DNA from: an uncultured Candidatus Saccharibacteria bacterium
GTDB taxonomy: Bacteria; Patescibacteriota; Dojkabacteria; SC72
Length of the DNA stretch: 64,000 nt
Direction: 5' to 3'
Assembly (NCBI GenBank): GCA_964655705.1
Contig: CAZZPP010000002.1
Span: 32,231 to 96,230 of the forward strand
Part shown: in pieces, positions 29,558-37,206 of the stretch
Numbering within the stretch: position 1 is the stretch's first letter
Layout of the letters: every line of letters starts with the position of its first letter
Notes under the pieces: model-generated
What the model saw: only the letters and a program-made list of their open reading frames with translations
The model's database searches: none
Told to the model about the DNA's origin: nothing
Translations under genes and position numbers: made by a program

Positions 29558-29586
29558 ATTATACTATAAGTTTAGCAATTTTTCAA
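29558..29586 (-). promoter_or_regulatory. sigma70 promoter P1 of cassette unit
   Basis: TTGAAA-17-TATAAT; shares TATAGTATAATATA with P2. Confidence 0.7.
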
Positions 29587-29636
29587 TATTTCCTACTCTT
29601 CATAAATATTTAATACTCTTTTGTTAGCATTGAGAT

Positions 29637-30253
29637 ATGGTATCTAAATCATGCTATGTATTCATTGATTCATCTAATCTCTTCTATGGAGGGAAGAGAA
29701 GATTGGGATGGAGAGTAGACTATCTTAAGTTATTTAAATATCTAAAAAGAAGATATAGGATGAGAGAGATCTTCTATTATTCAGGAGTAGAAGCTCATGG
29801 TTTTGAACCTCTACTTTTATCGTTAGAGAGATATCCAGTAGAGAGTTTATACAAATATCTCCAAGAGGAGTTTAAGAAAGCAGATAGAGAAGAAAAAGAA
29901 TCCCTCCAGAAAGATATCTCTAGGGCGAAGTTTTTAAGAAAGATAGAAGAGTTTGGCTATACTCTTAGATTAAAACCAATTAAACATTTAAGAGATTTCA
30001 AAGGTAGGATAAAGAGTAAGTCTAATTGTGATGTTGATTTAACTCTTGATGCTATTAGATTGGAGAAAGAGTATGACACTTTTATACTGCTTTCAGATGA
30101 TGGTGATTTTGAAATACTTCTTGGATATCTAAGAGAAAAAGGGAAGACTATTGTAGTAATAGCAAACAGTGACAATACAGCAAGAATTATAAGGATAGAT
30201 ACCAAGGGAACTTTATAGATTTCTCTAGAATTAAAGAAGTAATTAAAGAATAA
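29637..30253 (+). pseudogene. NYN (LabA/DUF88, PIN-like) domain RNase with probable C-terminal frameshift
   Basis: VFIDSSNL, KSNCDVDLTLD, LLSDDGDF; ORF stops at 30218 but a family-like tail RYQGNFIDFSRIKEVIKE* continues in another frame to 30253. Confidence 0.65.
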
Positions 30254-30332
30254 AAATGGGAGGATCGCCCATATAGGAAGGTCCTCCCGAGGTCTAGTGT
30301 TTAAGTATAATCTAAAGATTACTAATATTCAA
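30252..30332 (-). ncRNA. Candidate ~45-nt small RNA (promoter, hairpin, U-tract) convergent on the NYN gene
   Basis: TTGAAT-17-TATACT at 30332-30304, then GGGAGGA..UCCUCCC hairpin and AUUUUU. Confidence 0.45.
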
Positions 30333-30474
30333 GAAGATATTTATGAACAATGTAGGAGTGTAGAATAAGAAAAAGTGGCATTTACGGTCGGTCGAAACCT
30401 TAGATTAGTCCAGTTATGGTAATTCGCATATTGTATTTCTTTCTAAACGGTATCTCAGGACAACATTTTACATA

Positions 30475-31086
30475 TTACTTAACGGAAATATCTATAAGAA
30501 AGTTTTCTATCTCTTTATCTGAAGGAGGGTTATCAATTCTCCATATTACCTCTTCTGAATAATCAATATCTTCAAAATAGCACAACTGTTGTAAAAACAT
30601 TCTTTCTGAAAATATAGTACCATATATATCCTTGGCCTCTTTAATAATATCTTTTATGGAGTACTCCTTTAGCAATATATACATATCTACATAGTCTTTC
30701 CATTTTCCTCTTCTACCTAGTGTATATGCCTTCATTGCTCCTATTGTAAGTGGAGATGCAATAGAAATCTTCTCTTTTTTCTCTATGCCTTTTACTTTGA
30801 AAGGATATCTTAGAAATGTAATCTTAACAGAATTTATGAATATTGTATATTCATCTAATTTATCAATTACACTCTCTATATCCCTATATCCTAAATCAAT
30901 TAACTCTTTCAAAATATCTTCATTTTTAAATCCTTTGTAAGAAAACAAATCAAAATCTAGAGATTCTCTATGACCAAGTTGAAGAGCAAGTGCAGTTCCT
31001 CCAGCTAAGTAAAACCCTTTTTGCGAGAAATGTTCTACGATATTAAATACTTCAATCTGTTTTGGATTTAGTATGTATTTATGCAT
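30475..31086 (-). CDS. AbiEii/AbiGii-family nucleotidyltransferase toxin
   Basis: FYLAGGTALALQLGHRESLDFDLF, MKAY..RGKWKDYVD. Confidence 0.88.
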   Translation of the reverse strand: MHKYILNPKQIEVFNIVEHFSQKGFYLAGGTALALQLGHRESLDFDLFSYKGFKNEDILKELIDLGYRDIESVIDKLDEYTIFINSVKITFLRYPFKVKGIEKKEKISIASPLTIGAMKAYTLGRRGKWKDYVDMYILLKEYSIKDIIKEAKDIYGTIFSERMFLQQLCYFEDIDYSEEVIWRIDNPPSDKEIENFLIDISVK

Positions 31087-31348
31087 TTCTCTTTAAATAT
31101 AGATCGATATAATTAATAACTAAAGGAGACAAGTTTGACCTTTTTTTGTTTCTCAGTTTAAAATATTCTTTTTGAAAATCTTCTTTTTCTTTTAACACCT
31201 CCCTTAGCTGGTTCATGTCACCATAGTTAAGAATTCTTTCAAGAATGGCTAGTTCGCTTAGTTTAGCAATCTTTTCTTTAGGGATATCCCAAAATATCTT
31301 GCTATTTCTTATAGATTCTCTCTTTAACAAAATTGAAAATGTATTCAT
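31079..31348 (-). CDS. Small partner/antitoxin (DUF6922-like) of the nucleotidyltransferase
   Basis: IFWD...ILERILNYGD; overlaps toxin start. Confidence 0.7.
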   Translation of the reverse strand: MNTFSILLKRESIRNSKIFWDIPKEKIAKLSELAILERILNYGDMNQLREVLKEKEDFQKEYFKLRNKKRSNLSPLVINYIDLYLKRNA

Positions 31349-31362
31349 ACCATTATTATATC

Positions 31363-31389
31363 AAAAAAAAGAGGAGGCTTCCCTCCTCT
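31363..31389 (-). terminator. Intrinsic terminator after GT2
   Basis: AGAGGAGG-cttc-CCTCCTCT with A8 on + strand. Confidence 0.75.
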
Positions 31390-31394
31390 ATTAG

Positions 31395-32147
31395 TTATCT
31401 ATATTCCTTTAAGATATTTGTACTAAACACCCTACTCTCTTTCATAGATATCATAAAGATATCTTTAAGCATTCTACTAATATCTTTAATATTTGCAGAT
31501 GTAGAATCAGATCTATTCTTGTTTAAATAGAAAGGTACTACAGATACGTCATATCCTACCTTACCTATCTCATTTAATATCTCTGAGTCAATAGCAAATC
31601 TATTTACCTTTAAATTAGGTAATATTCTTTTTATCAAATCTCTTTTAAAGAGTTTTAGTCCACAACCTACATCTGTAATATTTTTAGGAAGTCTTAATAG
31701 TAATTTGTTTACAGCAATTAAACCGTAAGAGAAGATTTTTCTTCCAAATGTCATTTCAATATTAGAATCTTTATGTAGTTTAGAAGGTATAACAGCCATA
31801 ACATAGTCTTTTTTAATCTCGCGAATAGCAGAAGCTATAGATCTTATTTGGATATCTGTATCTGCATCAATGAATCCTATTACATCTCCTGAAGCTTTTC
31901 TCATTCCGTATCTTACAGCGTAACCCTTACCTTTGTTCTCTTTGTATCCATATACAAATGCCTTTTTAAGTCTGTTTTCTTTAATATACTGCTCTAATAT
32001 ATCCTTAGTATTATCAACATACCCATCAATTACGAAGATGAGTTCAAAGTCAGGATTTACTCTAGAAAGATATCCGTAGAGTCTTTCTAATTGATCCAAT
32101 ACTTCTCTTTGTTTTTTGTATGTTGGTAAAACCAAAGATATTTTCAT
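31395..32147 (-). CDS. GT2 glycosyltransferase (polyprenol-phosphate glycosyltransferase-like)
   Basis: ISLVLPTY, VIDGYVDNT, NKGKGYAVRYG, FIDAD, DVGCGLKLF, FAIDSE. Confidence 0.88.
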   Translation of the reverse strand: MKISLVLPTYKKQREVLDQLERLYGYLSRVNPDFELIFVIDGYVDNTKDILEQYIKENRLKKAFVYGYKENKGKGYAVRYGMRKASGDVIGFIDADTDIQIRSIASAIREIKKDYVMAVIPSKLHKDSNIEMTFGRKIFSYGLIAVNKLLLRLPKNITDVGCGLKLFKRDLIKRILPNLKVNRFAIDSEILNEIGKVGYDVSVVPFYLNKNRSDSTSANIKDISRMLKDIFMISMKESRVFSTNILKEYR

Positions 32148-32186
32148 TTAAATATGTATAAAGATATGAAATAAATATGTGCATTT

Positions 32187-32210
32187 AAAAAAAATGCCCC
32201 AAAGGGGCAA
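32187..32210 (-). terminator. Probable intrinsic terminator after small sortase substrate
   Basis: TGCCCC-aaa-GGGGCA with A-run on + strand. Confidence 0.6.
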
Positions 32211-32220
32211 TCTCTTACTA

Positions 32221-32457
32221 TTAGGCAAGAGATTGCTCTTCCTTAAGGCGTTTAACTGTAGACAATATAATCATTCCTGTAATAAATGTTACTCCAGCTG
32301 CAATGTAGAATATTGAGGTATCTTCAAAACCTGTTGGAATAGGTTCATGTCCGTAAGGGTTATAAGGCCCGTATGGATTACCATCTGCAAATACAGTTGA
32401 AACATTTATTAAGAAAGTAGTTGCTACAGCTAAAACTATTGCGAATAACTTCCTCAT
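32221..32457 (-). CDS. Small secreted protein with LPXTG-like (IPTG) sorting signal
   Basis: Signal peptide ..VFA|, EPIPTG, hydrophobic helix, KRLK tail. Confidence 0.7.
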   Translation of the reverse strand: MRKLFAIVLAVATTFLINVSTVFADGNPYGPYNPYGHEPIPTGFEDTSIFYIAAGVTFITGMIILSTVKRLKEEQSLA

Positions 32458-32521
32458 ATTTAAAGGGCTAGTTAAATTAAATGCAGTATCATTATACTAC
32501 AACTAGCCCTAGAAGTCTATA

Positions 32522-33343
32522 CTATGGGTTGTATCCTCTCAAATACAATTCTAATATTTTGTTACTGTTAACCATCTCTTGTGCGTACTCGACCCCTAAG
32601 TATCTGTAATGCCAACTCTCAAATTTGTAGCCTGTAATATCTTCATATCCTTTGGGAAATGAAATTACAAATCCATATTTATATGCATTATTAATTAACC
32701 ATTTACTTGCCTTGGTATTTGCAAACTCATCCCCTAGCCTATCTCCTATTTCATTACTACTAAAATCTATTGCTGTACCAAGTTGATGTTGACTATGTCC
32801 TGGTCTTGCAGAGAATGTATCTACTAGTGCTACATTATTATTGTTTTTACTTAACCAGTAGTTATATGTACTTACCTGCGTTTGATATGATCTGTATGCT
32901 GATACAATGCTTAAATCCACTCCTGCAGCCTTAGAATCAGTGACTAGTCTTCTTAAATCAGGGATTAAAATATTTCGTAGGTAGTATCCGTCCCCTCTTC
33001 TAATACCAGAATTACTTGCTTTAACTAAATCCGATGGAGCGTATGTACTTGGTAAGTTATACTGTTTGTTTACTAATACAAGTAAATCATTCCCACTTCT
33101 TTTTGTAGTAAGTATTTCAGTTGGGTATTCCCACCAGTTACTATTTTCTGTAGTGGTATTCATCTTTTCTGTTACTTCTTTAACTTTCTCAATCTTAAAT
33201 GTATCAGTTGAGGGATTCTCAATCCACTCTACCTCTTGTATATTGTTGTTCTCAGTATCTTTCTTTAGGATTAGATCTACTGTTTTAGCGGGAAGGAAGA
33301 AGGTTAAAATTAAAAGAATTGAGTAGATTAAAGCCTTTTTCAT
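32522..33343 (-). CDS. M15B (VanY/LdcB-like) carboxypeptidase
   Basis: LVNK, SAYRSYQTQ, ARPGHSQHQLGTAID, FESWHYRY. Confidence 0.9.
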   Translation of the reverse strand: MKKALIYSILLILTFFLPAKTVDLILKKDTENNNIQEVEWIENPSTDTFKIEKVKEVTEKMNTTTENSNWWEYPTEILTTKRSGNDLLVLVNKQYNLPSTYAPSDLVKASNSGIRRGDGYYLRNILIPDLRRLVTDSKAAGVDLSIVSAYRSYQTQVSTYNYWLSKNNNNVALVDTFSARPGHSQHQLGTAIDFSSNEIGDRLGDEFANTKASKWLINNAYKYGFVISFPKGYEDITGYKFESWHYRYLGVEYAQEMVNSNKILELYLRGYNP

Positions 33344-33381
33344 AGTGCATATTTTACAATATTTGGTATAAGGAAGAAAGG

Positions 33382-34029
33382 TTACTCTTTAACCCTATTT
33401 GCATATCTAAATATCCTTTCAGGGGTACTGTAGTATTTACAGGTATACAGGATTAGGTCTGCACTGTAGTCGGTAATGTATGTACCAATATCTCCATCAT
33501 ATATTTCATATATATATTCTCTTTGATTCCAGTATATACTGACTCTTGTTCCTGATTTAGTATCTGGGAGTTTGTAAAAGGAGATTAAATTTCTTTTCGA
33601 AGTACTCCAACTTGAGTATCCGAATCTGTGTGCCGCTAGTATTATTGGCAAGCTATCATTTTCTGGTGTCCCAAAATCATCTACTATCCAAGTACCTTTA
33701 GTGAGAGCTTTCCTGTAATCTTTAGTAGGCGTAATTGGAGAGTTTATACCTACACTTGGGATTAATACAAAATAGCCTTCTGGTAAATTGGGATCAAATG
33801 GAGGGACCTTATTTTCTTCAATGGGTTCCTTCTCCTCGATTTCTTCCTTGTCATCAACAATATCTTTGGAGATCTTTTCTTCATCTATTTCTACTGCGTC
33901 TGGGTTAAGTCTATACCAGATATATGGGGCTGTTGGTATAGCTATTAATACTAGAGTAATCAAGATGAAGAGAAAACCTATTGTTTGATATATTTTTAAC
34001 AATTTCTCATATTGTTTACCTTTTTTCAT
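33382..34029 (-). CDS. Sortase
   Basis: N-terminal TM; ILAAHR, LILYTC, ERIF (His-Cys-Arg triad); start uncertain (34074 possible). Confidence 0.85.
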   Translation of the reverse strand: MKKGKQYEKLLKIYQTIGFLFILITLVLIAIPTAPYIWYRLNPDAVEIDEEKISKDIVDDKEEIEEKEPIEENKVPPFDPNLPEGYFVLIPSVGINSPITPTKDYRKALTKGTWIVDDFGTPENDSLPIILAAHRFGYSSWSTSKRNLISFYKLPDTKSGTRVSIYWNQREYIYEIYDGDIGTYITDYSADLILYTCKYYSTPERIFRYANRVKE

Positions 34030-34198
34030 ACATTTATACATTATCATATATATATGATAATGAAAAAGGTCCATGAGTAGTAAAATAACCCAAAAAGGTA
34101 TAGTGAGAAAAATAGAAGTGATTGATATTGGATATTAGGTCAGGAAATATATATGGGGGTGTGTAAGAATAGATTAATAAAATATTAAATATATTAAT

Positions 34199-34393
34199 AT
34201 GATTAAAAGAGATATGGAGTTAGAACAATTAAGGATTTCAATAGAAGAGAATTTTAGAATACTGGGTAACAAAATATCTCAAAATGATCAGAGGATAAAG
34301 AGGGTATTAGAAAAGATTGAGCAAGATAGTATCAAATACAATCATACCTATGACATGAATGATATTAAGATAGTTTCCTATTTAGATAACTAG
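34199..34393 (+). CDS. Small hypothetical protein
   Basis: 64-aa ORF filling the intergenic gap, convergent with gyrA. Confidence 0.45.
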   Translation: MIKRDMELEQLRISIEENFRILGNKISQNDQRIKRVLEKIEQDSIKYNHTYDMNDIKIVSYLDN

Positions 34394-34394
34394 A

Positions 34395-37202
34395 TTACAT
34401 AAGTGCCATTGTAGCTACTTTGTCACCTTCTCCGATATTCATTACCTTTACTCCACTTGTTTGTCTTCCTAATGTAGGTATCGCGTCTATTGAAGATCTT
34501 ATAACTTTCGATTTTTCTGATATTACAACTATCTCGGCCTCAGGGTGATCAAGTATTCTTGCTACTGCAACTTTTCCTGTCTTAGGTGTTACTCTAAAAG
34601 TAAATATACCTGTACCACCTCTTTTCTGTTTAGTATATTCAGATAGTTTTGTCATTTTACCGTATCCGTTTTCAGAGAGAGTAAATATTCTATTTTCATT
34701 TGCTCTAATTACTCCCATACCTACTATGAAGTCAGTTTCTGTTTTAAATTTCATAGCCGTTACTCCTCTGGTACTTCTACCTAAGGGTCTTACATCTTTT
34801 TCAGTAAACCTAATAGATTTCCCTTCGGCAGTTACCAATATTATCTCATCGTCTCCAGTAGTTGGTTTTACCCACGTAAGCTCATCATTGGTTTCTAATT
34901 TAATTGCTGTTAATCCGTTTGCTCTAATCTTCTCAAACTGAGAAAGATCTGTCTTTTTAACTATTCCACCTTTGGTTACCATTAAGAAGTATTTAAAATC
35001 CCTTTTCTCAACTACTCCATTTAAATCTTGGTTCTCTTGTATTTCCTCTGAGCCCATTACACCACCTTTAGGATCTCTAGTTAATATGGAAGTAATTATT
35101 TCATTCTGATCAAGTTGTACAAGATTTATTAAAGGAATACCCTTAGCGGTTCTCCCATACTCTGGGATTTCAAATATTCTAGTACTAAATACACGGCCTT
35201 TATTAGTAAATAGAAGTAATTCATCGTGGGTATTACAAAGTAGTACATGCTCTATGAAATCACCCTCTTTGGTATCACCACCGGATATACCCTTTCCTCC
35301 TCTGTGCTGTGTTTGATAGGTTGAAGGAGGTACTCTTTTTACATATCCTGAGTGAGTTATGGTTATTAATGTTTCTTCCTGTGCAATCATATCTTCCTCT
35401 GATATTTCATTTATCTTCCCTTTTACTACCTTTGTTCTTCTTTTATCTCCGTAAGCCTCTTTTATTGCCTTCAAATCATTATCAACTATCTCAAGTATCC
35501 TATCCTGACTATCTAAAATATTGTTGTATTCAATGATATTTTGCTTTGTTTCTTTGTAATCATTTTCTAACTTCATCCTCTCTAGTGCTGCTAGTCTTCG
35601 AAGTTGCATATCTAAAATTGCTTGAGCTTGAACTTCTGTGAATTTGAATTTGTCCATTAAGTTTGTTTTGGCAGTTTCTTGAGTTTTAGAACCCCTGATA
35701 GTTGCGATTACTTCATCAAGGAAATCTAAGGCCTTTAGAAGTCCCTCTAAGATATGTGCATGATATCTTGCCTCTGCTAGATCATACTCATATCTCCTAA
35801 TTGTTACTGTAATTCTAAAGGAGAGGAATAGTTCTAACATTCTCTTTATGGAAAGGGTAATTGGTTCTTGCTCTACTAATGCAATCATATTTGCATTAAA
35901 GGTTTTTTGCATCTCAGTATATTTATACAGTTTGTTCAGAACTGTTTTAGGTTGTGCATCCTTTTTTAGAACGATTACCACCCTTATACCATCCTTGTTT
36001 GATTCATCTCTAATATCTGCTATTCCTGTAATCTTTTTGTCACGCACAAGGTCAGCAACCTTCTCTATCATATATGCCTTGTTTACTTGATATGGGATCT
36101 CTGTTACTACAATTTGGTATCTTCCATTTTTACCCTCAACTATTGAGGCTTGAGCTCTTTGTAAAATCTTTCCTCTTCCTGTTGCATATGCATTTAATAT
36201 CTCATCCCTATCATATATTGTTCCTCCTGTTGGGAAATCTGGGCCAGGAATAATTTCAATTAACTCTTCTGGGGTTATATCTGATTTGAAGTCAGGATAT
36301 ATTACCTCACCACTTTTCTCAATCCTGTCTACTATCTCTTGAATCTGAATAGCATATTCTAGGGATTTTGTATCTACATAGTTTTCTAAGTATTGCTCAG
36401 GTCTTGCGTTTAAGGTCTGAGGTATTATCTCGTCTTTCTCTTTACTCTTTCTTAACTCATTGTATATTGCAACTCCTTCCCATCTGTTCTTTCTCTTAAT
36501 CATTTCAGACAGTGCGTCTACTAGTTCCCCAATATTATGTGGAGGTATTTGTGTTGCCATACCTACTGCAATACCTTGGCTACCATTTGCCAAAAGATTA
36601 GGGAAAAGTGCAGGTAATACAGTTGGCTCTAACCTAGTACCATCATAGTTAGGAACAAAAGTAACTGTTCCTTTGTTTAAATCTTTAAGAAGTTCAGGAG
36701 CAATCTTACCTAGTCTGGCTTCGGTGTATCTCATTGCTGCTGCAGGGTCTCCATCTATGGATCCGAAGTTACCCTGTCCTTGTACAAGGATATATCTTGT
36801 AGAGAACTCTTGAGCGAGTTTCACTAATGTCGGGTATACTACACTCTCTCCATGGGGGTGGTAGTTACCAGAGGTGTCACCTGCAATCTTTGCACATTTC
36901 CTAAAATGAGAGGTAGGACTTAGCGAAAGGTCGTTCATTGCAACCAGTACTCTTCTTTGCGAAGGCTTAAGTCCATCTTTTACCTCTGGTAGTGCACGAG
37001 CAACAATTACAGACATGGAGTAATCAATATAGTTGGATTTCATCTCATCTACTATTGATCTTTGAGTTACCTCTCCTGGTTTAAAAGTTAAATCAAAATC
37101 AAGATCAGAATCTTCTACAGAAGGAGCAGATTCTACTGGTTCTTGATTTTCAATTTCAATTGTCTCTTCTGCTTTCTTAATTATATCTTCTTTGTCTGGC
37201 AT
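34395..37202 (-). CDS. gyrA: DNA gyrase subunit A
   Basis: DGLKPSQRR, YHPHG, AAAMRYTE, GyrA box QHRGGKG, beta-pinwheel repeats. Confidence 0.97.
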   Translation of the reverse strand: MPDKEDIIKKAEETIEIENQEPVESAPSVEDSDLDFDLTFKPGEVTQRSIVDEMKSNYIDYSMSVIVARALPEVKDGLKPSQRRVLVAMNDLSLSPTSHFRKCAKIAGDTSGNYHPHGESVVYPTLVKLAQEFSTRYILVQGQGNFGSIDGDPAAAMRYTEARLGKIAPELLKDLNKGTVTFVPNYDGTRLEPTVLPALFPNLLANGSQGIAVGMATQIPPHNIGELVDALSEMIKRKNRWEGVAIYNELRKSKEKDEIIPQTLNARPEQYLENYVDTKSLEYAIQIQEIVDRIEKSGEVIYPDFKSDITPEELIEIIPGPDFPTGGTIYDRDEILNAYATGRGKILQRAQASIVEGKNGRYQIVVTEIPYQVNKAYMIEKVADLVRDKKITGIADIRDESNKDGIRVVIVLKKDAQPKTVLNKLYKYTEMQKTFNANMIALVEQEPITLSIKRMLELFLSFRITVTIRRYEYDLAEARYHAHILEGLLKALDFLDEVIATIRGSKTQETAKTNLMDKFKFTEVQAQAILDMQLRRLAALERMKLENDYKETKQNIIEYNNILDSQDRILEIVDNDLKAIKEAYGDKRRTKVVKGKINEISEEDMIAQEETLITITHSGYVKRVPPSTYQTQHRGGKGISGGDTKEGDFIEHVLLCNTHDELLLFTNKGRVFSTRIFEIPEYGRTAKGIPLINLVQLDQNEIITSILTRDPKGGVMGSEEIQENQDLNGVVEKRDFKYFLMVTKGGIVKKTDLSQFEKIRANGLTAIKLETNDELTWVKPTTGDDEIILVTAEGKSIRFTEKDVRPLGRSTRGVTAMKFKTETDFIVGMGVIRANENRIFTLSENGYGKMTKLSEYTKQKRGGTGIFTFRVTPKTGKVAVARILDHPEAEIVVISEKSKVIRSSIDAIPTLGRQTSGVKVMNIGEGDKVATMALM

Positions 37203-37206
37203 TACT

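Noticed and set aside
30421-30448. Second dif-like sequence AATTCGCATAT-TGTATT-TCTTTCTAAAC
   Set aside because: Right arm matches the XerD consensus poorly, arms are not palindromic, and it does not resemble the 19189 site; likely chance.
36290-36497. GyrA insertion as an intein
   Set aside because: No C/S start, no HN-C/S/T end, too short.
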